Below, piece after piece: positions 51,480-63,224 of a stretch of 64,000 bases of DNA. Position numbers and translations under genes: made by a program. The notes beneath the pieces are model-generated. The model saw only the letters and a program-made list of their open reading frames with translations. It did no database searches and was not told the DNA's origin. The DNA comes from Ginglymostoma cirratum (taxonomy: Eukaryota): contig JAHRHZ010000107.1 in assembly GCA_024137785.1 (NCBI GenBank), positions 248,001-312,000 of the forward strand. Reading direction: 5' to 3'. Numbering within the stretch: position 1 is the first letter of the stretch; each line of letters starts with the position of its first letter.

Positions 51480-53195
51480 ACAAGCAAACGAAGAGGTAGC
51501 TGATGATAAGTTGAGAGAGACATGAATGCTAGGTAGGGTGCGAATGAGAAGTGTGAATACTTGAAAAGGGTTCGACTGTGCAGGACCTCTGTGGGGATGG
51601 GGCTGGTTGTGGGAGGGTTGAATAACCAAACTGAGGAGGGTGATCACGTTCTGAAATTCGTCACTTCTTCCAAGTCAAAGGAGTGGTTATGTGCACCAGC
51701 ATGCATCCCAGTTATGCCTGCATCTTTGTAGCCTTTGTGGAACAATCCTTATTCCAGTCCCTCACTGTGTCCGTCCCACAACATTTTCTTCCGTATATCA
51801 ATGTCTGTTTCAGGGCTGCTTCACACTCCTACCCGGACCTTGAAACATTTGTTCATTTTGCGTCCAATTTCTCCCCTCTCTAACTTTCACATCGTCCGTT
51901 TCCAACACTTCCCTTCCTTTCTTTGACCTCTCCATCTCCATTTCGGGAAATAAACTATCCACTGCTATCCATTACAAAGCCACAACTCCCAAAACTTCCT
52001 TCACTAAACTCTTCTCACCCTACATCCTGCAAAGATTCCATTCCATTCTCCCAGTTCCTTTGCATACATCGTATCTGTTCAGATGATGTCAACTTTCAAC
52101 ACAACGATACTGATATGACTTCCTTCTTCCATAACTGTGGTTTCCCGCCCACTGTGGTTGACAGGGCCCTCAGTTGCACTTGACTTACCACCCGTGCTTC
52201 CGCGCTTGCCATTTCCCATCACTCGCAACAGCGTGATTGGGTCCCCCTTGTCATGCCACTTTTGATCCCACCAGCCCCCGCAATCAAGATCATTCTCCGC
52301 TATTTCAGGCAACTTCAGGAAACCACCTTCACCAAACACATGTTTCCGTCACTTCCCCATCTGCATTTCTCAGGGATATCTCCCTCTGGGACGCCCCAGT
52401 CCATTCTTCGAACACCAACCCAATCCTCTCTTCACAAGGCACCTTCCCACATAACCACAGAAGGTGCAACATCTGTTCATTTAGCTCCTCCCTGCTCACC
52501 ATCCAAGGGCATAAACAGTCTTTCCAGGTGAAGCAGCATTTTGCCTGTACCTCCTCCAATCTTGTGTATTACATCTGCTGCATCCAATGTGGCCTTCTCT
52601 ACATTGGAGAAACCAAACGTACTCTGGGTGACTGCTTTGCAAAACACCTCCAGTCAGTGCAGGAGTATCACCTCGACCTTCCCATAGCCATTCACTTTAA
52701 CACAGCATCCTACTCGCTTGCAAATTTGTCTGTCCTCAGCATGCTATAATGCTCCAGCAAATCACCGCAAAAACTGGAGGATCAACATCTCATCTTCAAA
52801 TTAGGCTGTTTACAACCTTCTGGGCTCAATATTGAGTCCAACGCCGTCAGTTTATGAGCCCATTACTTCCTTTTCTTTCAGCTTTGCTTGTTACATTCTC
52901 TGTCACTATGTCCTCTCTCCACTCCCCAGTGGGATTAACTGTTCTTTCCAACCTGGCAGTTAGACACACAATTGTTCTGCTTTTCTCACATTCCAATCAT
53001 GTAATCTGAACAATCAACATCCTTTCTCCCTCAGCAATCCAACCACCACACCACCCCCACTCTTGCCAAAATGCTGCCCCCTCCACATTTCACTTCAGCT
53101 CTGATAAAGAGTCGTTTAGACTCGAAATGTTAGCTTCCTTTCTCTCTGTGGATGTTGCCTAACCTGTTGTGACCTCCAGCATTTTCGTTTTCAGC
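51480..53195 (+). mobile_element. Penelope-like retroelement (RT C-terminal half + GIY-YIG endonuclease + terminal repeat), decayed; 5' ~180 bp probably inverted
   Basis: QVKGVVMCTSMHPSYACIFV and SSHPTSCKDSIPFSQFLCIHRICSD (PLE RT); CTSSNLVYYICCIQCGLLYIGETKRTLGDCFAKH (GIY-YIG). Confidence 0.9.
53097..53135 (+). ncRNA. Minimal type I hammerhead ribozyme motif (PLE-associated), core partly mutated
   Basis: agct-CTGATAA-a-gagtc-gttta-gactc-GAAA-tgtt-agct: stem I agct/agct, stem II gagtc/gactc, core CUGANGA with G8->A. Confidence 0.7.
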
Positions 53196-53825
53196 TGGAA
53201 CTGTTAAACTCAGTTTAACTCACCCAGATTTTCAGCAAGCCAATCTATCAAATAGACCATTGGATTTGCTTTGAAATTACATAACTTACAAGCCTTAATC
53301 AATTCCTGTGGAAGCTGTAAACACTTAACAGGGAATCATGCTTCAATAATCAAAGCACAACTCATGAATAAATGTATAAATTCATAAAAATCGTAACAAG
53401 ACAACGAAAAGAACACTTGCCTGATTGATTATGATTCCTAGAACAAAAGCAAATTATATTAGGTTTTGTTTTGTAACAGTGAATTAAAAGCTGGCTGTGT
53501 AGATTTGCAGATTTACTGATTTAAGACTTGCAAAGTGTCAGTACGATTCAAGCGCAAAGGGAGAATTTTCAGAGAAATTTTGTACAGCCTTCCGATGAGA
53601 ACAATCAACTGTTGAGATAAACTACATTTTATAGCTCCCAACTGCAGTTGATGCCTGAAGCTGTTTACAATTCTTACATTTGATCCTTTCCTCACGTGCC
53701 TCTTAATACAACTTGAGTATTAGTATAGGGTCTAAGATTAAAGTTTCCTCTCTAATGTGGCATGGTTGGCATTGGAATTGCTCTCTTTCTTATTCGGATC
53801 TAATGTCTATTACATTATATCTCAT

Positions 53826-54135
53826 ATCATAGGACCCCTACAGTGTGGAAGGAAGCCATTCGATCCATCGAGTCCATACGAACTATCTGAACAGCATCTC
53901 ACCAAAACGCAGCCCTCCCCTACAATATCTCATAACCCCACATCTACCCTGGTTAATCCACCTAACCTGCACATCTTTAAACTGTGGGAGTAACCAGAGC
54001 ACCAGGAGGAAACTTACACGGACACTGGGAGAACATGCAAAAATGTGCGCAGACAGTCACCAGAGGATGGAAGCGAACCTGGGTTCCAGGTGCTGCGAGG
54101 CAACAGTGCTAACCAATGAGTCACCATGTTGCCCC
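53826..54135 (-). mobile_element. HE1 SINE (older copy)
   Basis: Colinear with the 50281 copy. Confidence 0.8.
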
Positions 54136-55479
54136 CAATTAAGCATAAATACACAAAGGAATTTTCATCTCCTATTTCCTTGTTCTATTTTACCGTATTA
54201 TTGCAAAGTCTTACATCTATATCCTCTTACGCAGTAGATCAGATATTAATACATATCGCTATTTCCACATCTTGTCTTCGTATCCCATCACCGCTAAAAA
54301 TTCTGATGCACTGTAATATCATATAGTACATCCCATGTCAGTATATTCTTAAATTTTCACCTCCTGTCTCCCAGCCTCCATAATACTATTGCACATCATA
54401 TGTGCAGTCTCATGATGCAGGTAATCACATATCAGTACACAGTGAGATTTGCACACAGTGATGATGAAATCCAAAATTTTCCATATTGCCATCACAGACT
54501 GCAAATAAACATATGTCGGCAATGCAAAACAACCAACAGTACTTAAAATCCACTATGCACAGCTGAGGATTTTTTGTTACCCCCGCAACTTTCTGTCTGC
54601 AAAATAATAATAGTGATCTCTTTTTCTCTCCCATTCTCTCTCTCTCTCTCTCTCTACATCACCCCCCCCCCCACCACCGCCCCGTCAGATGTGCATTCGG
54701 GAAGCCTATTATACCTGTATTCCTACTTGTTTCGACCTGCCTTTTTATCCATGTTTCCCTCCATCATTTCTATCATTATTTCCCTCATTTCTATCTATTT
54801 GACTATCCATTTCACAGCGAGTGGATGAGGATTTACTCTGTCTATATACCTCTGTGTTTCTACGAATTCAATCCGTATAAATGCATAAATTCTCAGGGTT
54901 TATTCTTCCTTTTCATATGCATATTCACTTGATATCAGCTTGCATTTGTATGTGTATGTGAATGGATGGATAGAATTTATTTTTCTTAAGCAGTTGCATC
55001 AGTATGACACTTCGTAAACCCAATACACACCCATTTTGTTTTGGACACTACTGAGAAGTAAAGCGTAGATATAATTCCAACACAACCTCCAGTTGCTTAG
55101 TATTTAAGCCTGCTTGATAATGAAGAGAAAGGCACCGTTGTGTTATTGCATTGATATGCCATTTCTTCACTCGACGGCTAAATATTGAGATTTTGTCGAA
55201 AAATGCTTGAAAATGTTATATTGTAAAAGGTACCAGGTGGAATCTTTACATTTTTATTTGTGCAGTACTTCTTTGAGGGTAAAAATAAGTTCCCATCCTT
55301 CTGTCATTGTAAGATCTGAAAAATACACGACTTCATTCCCTAACCACACTGGTCCACTATTTCTTAAGCGCGTGACATCATGTCTCCTAACGTTTTGCTT
55401 GACTGTTGAATAATTAGAGGTGGTCTTTATCCTGTAGATAGTGGCACATTAAAGAGTGAATGCACTCCATACATAGAAG

Positions 55480-56110
55480 CATAGAGTCATCAAGAAGCAC
55501 AGTGCAGAAACAGATCACTCGGTCCAACTCGTCCATGCTGACCAGATATCCTAAATTAATCTAGTCCCATACTTGCCAGCATTTGCTCAATATCCCTCTA
55601 AACCTTCCTATTCATATACCCATCTAGATGCCTTTTAAATGTTGTAATTGTACCATCTTCCACCACTTCCTCTGGCAGTGCATTCCATACACGCACCACA
55701 CTGTGTGTGAAAATGTTATCCCTTGGGTCACTTTTAACTCTTTCCCCGCTCACCTTAAACCTATGCCCTCTGGTTTTGGACACCCCGCTCCAGAGAAAAG
55801 ACCTTGTCTATTTACACTATCTATGCCCGTCATGATTTTATAAACCTATATAAGGTCACCCCTCAACCTCTGATGCTCCAAAGAAAATAGCCCCAGCCTA
55901 TTCAGCCTCTCCAGATAGCACAAACACTCCAAACCTGGCAACATCATTATAAATCTCTTCAGAACCCTTTCAAGTTCTACAATATCCTTGCTATAGCAGG
56001 GAGATCGGAATTGCACACAATGGCCTAACCAATGTCCTGCACAGCTGCAACATGACCTCCCAACTCTTCTACTTGCACACTGACCAATAAAAGAAAGCAT
56101 CTGGAGAACA
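55480..56110 (-). mobile_element. CR1 LINE 3' portion
   Basis: LNRLGLFSLEHQRLRGDLI; VVRVWNALPEEVVE. Confidence 0.9.
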
Positions 56111-56334
56111 TCTTTTCGTACATCCCTCAAAACATGACAACATATAAACGAACAAATTTAGCTGCTACATTATCCTTTTCTCCAATCAAACATCTGCTAT
56201 GGGTTTATCCATCTTGTTTTTTAGCTGTCCTTAATCTACAATGTAATGTCAGTTTATAAGAGTTGAACTGATTCTCCACTCTGAAAAAAGACATTTCTCC
56301 CCCTCGCGCAAAATCATCAAAATATAACCAAGAC

Positions 56335-56510
56335 TGATGTTCAAGTGACGGTGTTGAGGGAAAGCTGCTTAGCCTGATTGAGACATTAACCTGAAGGCAC
56401 GTATTTTCTGTTTTGGTCGATGTTAACCCTTTTCAAGCAATCACCATGGGGACAAGAAGAAATTGAAATTCTCCCTGATGATCTGGATTGAACTTTCTTC
56501 CCTCAATCAG
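56335..56510 (+). mobile_element. Decayed Deu-domain SINE fragment
   Basis: gtgttgagggaaagctgc...gagacattaacctgaagg...aagaagaaattgaaattctccctgatgatctgg resembles the Deu domain. Confidence 0.45.
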
Positions 56511-56559
56511 TGCATTCACCTCATTACCTGAGGCAACAATATGAATTTAAAATTAGAGC

Positions 56560-58000
56560 CACACAGGAAATATTAACCTTAGACCTCATATTTTGATTAT
56601 GTTCATAACTTGTAGAGAGGTAGGCATAGTCCGACGAAATGGAAGTCATTCCCTCCTCTCGACTGTCATTTAATTTATTGATGCAGTCAGCTTTGTATCC
56701 CTGCAGGCACCACTCGCCCTATCCCCATTTCTGTTTAATTACTCAATTTTCCCATATGGCACAAAATACATTCAAACAAACTTAGCAGTTAGTAATAGCT
56801 TTTGTTTTGTTAGCTGATCTTTTCTTTTCAGACTAAGTGTTGTTCTGGAGTTAGTTTCACCAAAACACGGTTCCAAAAAGAAAGGCTATGAATCCATAAC
56901 ATATCAATGTCTGATTGTAAGATACCATCTTTGCACACTTCCTGTCAATCTTTTCCAGGTTAAATTGTTATTGTCCAATATAACATGCATTGACTGCACC
57001 AAGCTGACAGAAGGTAATTTGGCCAGCTCACTAAAGACGAATTGCTCTTCACTTCTGCTAAAGATCATGCCCTAATCTTTGCTATTCGTGTGCATTTTAT
57101 AAATATTAAACCAAGGCATTATATTAATCTGAAAGTAAAACATGCGTATTTCGATTGGGGTTTAAATTATTTGCATATTCTAATAATGTAATTCTCCCCC
57201 TAGAGATCTGCTCCAGTCCAGATGAAGAACAGTTGAAGGAATTTTTCTCTGATAGAACGATGTCTACTTCCTTGCTCCTGAAAAGTTCTAACTTTTCATA
57301 ATTCGATTTCAATACTAATGACTAATAAATACTAATAAATGATTTCAAATACTAATAAAAAATATAGTATGATTTACACAAGACTATATATTTCTTGACC
57401 TTATAACGACAATTACAATACTTCTGCAGGTCCAGATTCAGAACTCTCTGCTCATCAATCCCATTCCAGCTAAAACAATACAATCTTAGTTCACAAAGAG
57501 GAACACCAATACCAATTGACCTGCATTAGTAAAATGCTAATTTATGCAATTCTTCCGTTCATGACCTACATAACTAGTTGTGCAAAATGGTGGAATAGCC
57601 CTTAGGGAAGACACAGCTGATGGATTATGCAGTTTTGGTCCTGCTTCACTTGTTTCCCATCACCCTATCACAATCAGCAGGTATATGTTATTCTGAGTAC
57701 ATTCAAATTATTGCGATTATTTTTTGTTATGACACGACACTGTTCTTATTTTAAAACCTATCATCTATTACACTAATAAACATCATAATTAAATTATATT
57801 TTTGTTATGGTGACCCTCTTGCACATCAGTAGAACTTCTAATGCACTAAAATCAATCCAGGGTTTCGTTCATAGGATCATGGCAACTTTTATAGCATGAT
57901 CTAAACAGTGCATCAGCATGGTCACCACTGAACGTTCTGGTACCTGGCAATGCATAGCAAGGGGCAAAAAAAAAGCAATAAATGAAGGGCCGAAGCAATA
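56560..58000 (-). pseudogene. Decayed TLR-like gene remnant (late LRRs, LRR-CT, TIR)
   Basis: Manual translation: LP*GLFHHFAQLVM, LCELRLY..WNGI...VLNLDLQ, IVLSEKNSFNCS (LRR-CT-like), GEWCLQGYKA..NKLNDSRE (56718-56660; TIR xEWC motif). Confidence 0.4.
57465..57667. repeat. 203-bp local duplication, copy 1 (copy 2 at 59023-59225 inside a CR1)
   Basis: About 12 mismatches by eye, no indels. Confidence 0.92.
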
Positions 58001-58329
58001 CCCCATAATGAGGCAGCAAGACTTATAAATAAAAGCCTATCCAAAATGTTTTATTTAAAGACACTTTTAAATGTGGCAATTTTTCATGATAAGATAGACA
58101 ACATTTGAAATCCTTATGTCTTAAAGTTGTGTTTAAAGCAGGGTCTTCAAGAGGAACAGGTCTCTGTTTTAGGATTATAATGAACAAAATTACTCGGCAA
58201 TGTTTTCTTAAGATGTTTCCTTCTTCATTCCACAGCAAAAAAAAACAGAAGCATAAAAATATATGATCTTGAGAAGGAAAAGACATTAAACGTATAGGTG
58301 CTTGACTATTATCTTTCAATGATACACAT

Positions 58330-61040
58330 ATAGTAACATAGAAACATAGAAATATAAAAAACAGGGGCAAGAATACTCCATTCAGCTATTCGAGCCTGCA
58401 CCATCATTCAATATGATCATGATTGATCATGCAATTTCAGGATTTCATTCCTGTTTTCTCTCCATATGCCTTAAACTCTTTCACCGCAAGGGTCACGTCC
58501 AGCTCCCCCATGAATATATCTAATGAATTGGCCCCAGAAGCTTCCTGTGAGAGAGAATTCCATCGGTTCACAACTGTCTGAGGAGAAAATCTTCATCTTC
58601 TCAGTCCTGAACGGCTTATTCCTTGTTCTTAGACTGTGACCCATAGTTCTGGATTTCCCAACATTTGAAACGTTCTTCATGCATTAGCTTGTCCAATCCC
58701 ATCGGGATTTTGTATGTTTCTATTAGATCCCCAATTCTTCTAAATTCCAGGGAACAAAAGTCCAGTGGATCCAATCTTTCTTTATATGTCAATCCTTCCA
58801 TCCGAGGAATCAGTCTGGCGAACGTTTGCTGGACTCCCTCGGTCGAAAGAATGTCCTTCCTCAGACTAGGAGACCAAAACTGCACACAATACTCAGGGCG
58901 TAGCCTCACCAAGGCCCTGCATAACTGTAGTAAGACGTCTCTATTCCTATGCTCAAGTTGTCTTGCTATGAAGGAAAGCATTCCATTAGCTTTCTTCTCT
59001 GCCAGCTGTAGGTGAATGCCACTCCAGCTAAAACAATACAATCTTAGTTCACAAAGAGAAACACCAATATTAATTGACTTGCATGAGTAATATGCTAATT
59101 TATGCATTTCTTCCATTCATGACCTACATAACTAGTTGTGCAAAATGATGGAATAGCCCTTAGGGAAGACACAGCTGATAGATTATGCAGTTTTGGTCCT
59201 GATTCACTTCTTTCCCATCACCCTACCTCAAACAGACTGTCCCACAATGAAAGTCGAAGAGATTACGAGAGAGTTGCAGTGGGAGAAAACCCAGGTCTTG
59301 GTACACCTCACATTTTTCATAGCTTCCACCAATGAAATAATAATCTGGCTTCCTGTTTTTGTTGTAACAAAGATATATAACCTCACATTTATCCACTTTA
59401 TATTGCATTTGCCAAATATTTGCCCACTCAGCCAGTCTGTCCAAGTCATCCTGCAGCCTCTCAGCATCCTCCTCATAGCACAAGCTGCCACCCAGTTTAG
59501 TGTCATTTGCAAATCTGAAGATATGGCATTCAAATCGTTATGTTGTGAATAGCTGGTGTCCCAGCACTAAATTCTTCAGCACCCCTCTCTTCACTGCCTC
59601 CCACTCAGAAATGGACCCGTTTGTTCCAACTCCCTGCCTCCTGCCTGACAACCAGTTCTCTAGCCATGTCAAAACATTACTTCCAATACTATGAGCAACA
59701 TCTGCTGATTCACCCTTGCCCATGTCACTGGTCACATCTTCAAAAAATTCTGAGACGATTCATCAAGCATCATCCTAGGATGATGATGTCGGCTAGTACG
59801 AGGGGGCATAGCTGCAGATTGAGGGGTGATAGATTTAAGACAGATGTCAGAGGCAGGTTCTTTACTCAGAGAGTGGTAAAGGCGTGGAATGCCCTGCCTG
59901 CCAATGTAGTTAACTCAGCCACATTAGGGGCATTTAAACAGTCCTTGGATAAGCATATGGATGATGAGGGGATAGTGTAGGGGGATGGGCTTAGATTAGT
60001 TCACAGGTCGGCGCAACATCGAGGGCCAAAGGGCCTGTTCTGCGCTGTATTGTTCTATGTTCTATGTTCTATGTTCTATAATTTTCCTTTAGTGAATCCA
60101 TGCTAACTTGGATCAATTCGGTCACTGTTTTCCAAACGCTCCGTTGTTACACCACATATAGTTGTCTCCAGCATTTTCCCCACTAGCGATGTCAGGCTAA
60201 CTGGCCTATAATTCTGTGTTTTCTCTCTCCCTCCTTTTTTTTAGAAAGTAGGGTTACATTAACTGTCGTCAAATCCATTGAATCTCTTCCAGAATCTATA
60301 GAGTGCTGGAAAATGATCACCAATATGTCCCCTATTTCTCGGGCCACTTCCTTAAGTACTCTGGGATGCAGAGCATCAGACCCTGGGCACTTATTGGGGT
60401 TTAATTCCCATCAATTTCTCCAATAACATTTCCTGACGGATAAGAATTTCCTTCAATTCCTCCTTTACGCTTGACTTTCTTTCCCGTAGCATTTCCAGAA
60501 GGTTATTTGTGTTCTCCTTAGTGAAGACACTTTCAAAGTATCTGTTCAATTAGTCTGCCATTTCTTTGTTTCCAATTACGAATTCACCTGTTTTTAACTG
60601 CAAGCGACCTACATTTATCTTCACCAGTCTTTTTCTCTTCACACATCTATAGACGTTTTTGCAGTCAGTTTTTGTGTTTTCTGCATGCTTGTTTTCATCT
60701 TCTACTTTCCCCTTCCAAATTAATCACTTTGTCTTCCTCTGTTGAATTTTAAACTATTTCCAGTCCTCAGGTTTGCTGGGGTTTTTTTGCTGGCCAAATT
60801 ATATGCCTCCTTTTCAACACTGTCCCTGCTTTTCCCTGTTACCCATGTTTGAGCCACCTTCCCTGTTTTACTGTTATACCAGACATGGATGTACAATTGT
60901 TGAAGTTCATCCATATGTTTTTAAATGTCTGCCATTGCAGATCCATCATCAACCCCTTAAGCATCTGTGGCCAGTTTATCCTAGCCAATGCATGCCTCAT
61001 ATTGTCAAAGTTATCTTTCTTTAAGTTCAGAAGTTCTTGC
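58330..61040 (-). mobile_element. CR1 LINE with internal deletions, a captured local fragment (59023-59225) and a nested young CR1
   Basis: KKANGMLSFIAR...EYCVQFWSP; LQDDLDRLAEWANIWQMQY; WLENWLSGRRQGV. Confidence 0.88.
59770..60079 (+). mobile_element. Young CR1 3' end, same subfamily as 39062-42866
   Basis: Near-identical to the reverse complement of ~39062-39360; (gttctat)n tail. Confidence 0.92.
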
Positions 61041-62789
61041 ATTTCTGTGGGTCGTGTTCTTGTATATTTCTATTTGCTTGTGTGTATGAATTGCCATTGT
61101 TTTTATAAAGCAAGGACAAAGATTATGGATTCAACATGATGGTGCACACTTTGCTGACTGCTTTTATTATGATTACATTATCCAAAGATTCAAATAGCAT
61201 TTTTCAGCAAATTTCAACAGGCAATGAAAGAGGTCGACGATGAGTACTCAAGTCATCGTTGACAAGTTGTGCTTCTTTGTGAAGAAGCGTTTCATTTATG
61301 CTTTTCATTCTTTGAACAAATGCGTGTGCTAACATAGAGAAATGGCCGAAATTATCAACGGATGAATAGAATAAAACCTACACATTGTGCATTTCTGCCA
61401 AGCGAGCTCTAGAAGTGTGTAATAAGGTCTCTGAGCAGAATAATTAGAAAACATATTTGTAGTTTCCTTCCTGGGTTCTTCTTGTGCAGTATTAGTATCC
61501 CCACCTCTGGGCCAAGAATCTTACCTACTCTAGGGAGTGCAATAACATCTCTCAGTCGGTTGATTCGATTTTTTTTCACGTGTGAATTCCTTCCATGTTC
61601 CTCATACCCATGTTTAAACTGAAACTGATCACAATAAGTATTCTGACCTCTTCGCCCTGTACTTATTTTCATTCAAACACCATTATCACTGTTTAATAGT
61701 ATGTCAATCCAAAATAGTGTCTACTGCTCCCTCTGTTGCCATTTTGTTTAATTACCCCATTTTCCCATGCAACATAACTGAAGGGGCCTCAGATCACTCC
61801 ATGCCCCAAGATCAGTCCATTTCCTTGTCTTTAATAAAATCCCACAGATAATCTTGAACTAAGCTAACAGTCTAGCTCTCCCACAGGTATATAAAAGTCT
61901 TTTGACAACATTTTCTCCGCATCTCCCAAAGGACATCCTGACCAAATCCCACTTGTGCCTCGATCTGCAGACCTGCATTAATTCAAAATTGTTCCGAATA
62001 CTGCTGCTCTTCTCTTCACTGTAAATCAATGTGAAACTATCACTACTGCTCCAGTATGCTGGACGCAATCTAATTCAGACTCTTTCTATTCCATCCATGT
62101 GGAGTTAGCCAATTCAGAAATGAGGGAATTGTTGAAAAATTACAAAACATTAAACTAACCAGCATGTAATTTCACTGCCTGTTCTCTGCAAAAGTAGACT
62201 ACTACGTATCATTTCCTTGTCATCCTTCCTCATTTTTATCCAGTTGCTTTACTAATCCCCTTTGATAACCATAACTGAATTAGCCCTTCATCAGATTCTT
62301 GGAAGTACATTCTGGACCTTCGAAATGTAGAATTGCTGTAATCAAATCTCAAAATAATTTCTAAAGAAGGCTTTCCAGAAATATTTATATCTTTCAATTT
62401 CCTCTTGCCCTAGGACCCATTTTTCTGAACCTGACCCCCAAAGTACACCACACTTGCCCCCACAAACCCATCAAACCGCCCACACGTGGTTTTCAGTGAG
62501 AGAGCAGAAAAAAAATGAATAGTTTAGACACATAATTAATCTACATGCAACAAAGTTCACTTATGATTTGGAGACCAAGATAATGTCAGACTACATCAAT
62601 AACTATGAAGTGAATTACTGCCAAGTGCTATCCTAGTTTATGATAATAGGTAATAGACGTTTACGTAATATTTAACAGATGGAATAATGTAATTGATATA
62701 AACGTGATGGCGACAAGAGTCCAAAAAATAGTACCCGCTAGTCCCATCGTGGATCAGTTGGAATCACCCTTGCCTATGAAACGCAAGAT

Positions 62790-62980
62790 TTTATGTTCAA
62801 GACCCTCACCAGAAAAGTGATACCGTAAGTTAAGACTCATGTTTCAGTGCAAAACTAAAGGGATACTGCACTATCAGAGATGTGGTCTTATCAGCGAGGC
62901 ACTTAACCAAGGCCCACGCTGTTCTCAACGGTGATGCAAAGAATTCTAAAAGACTGTACTAAGCAGAACGGAAAATCGTT
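62790..62980 (+). mobile_element. Decayed Deu-domain (SacSINE1/AmnSINE-like) SINE
   Basis: cagtgcaaaactaaagggatactgcactatcagagatgtggtcttatcagcgaggcacttaaccaaggccc matches the Deu-domain pattern. Confidence 0.55.
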
Positions 62981-63224
62981 ATTCAGCAATATACAATGGA
63001 GAAAGGTAAATGTATATTATGGCCAAAGTCTGTTTGGAAAGGAAGTGATGTTTGGAAATGAGAAGTGAATGCCTTAAGTAAAATGTTAATTAAATATGAG
63101 TTAATAGGTTTAGAAGTGATGACGGATAGACAGATGGCTGAATGTATAGATTGAGGAATGGATGGACAGAGGAATGGATAGATGAAAGCATATACAGGAT
63201 CGAACCCCAACCACCAATATGGAA

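Noticed and set aside
50825-51499. 224-aa ORF
   Set aside because: Reads through an antisense HE1 SINE; no domain signature.
54630-54680. (CT)n plus C-run
   Set aside because: Ordinary low-complexity microsatellite.
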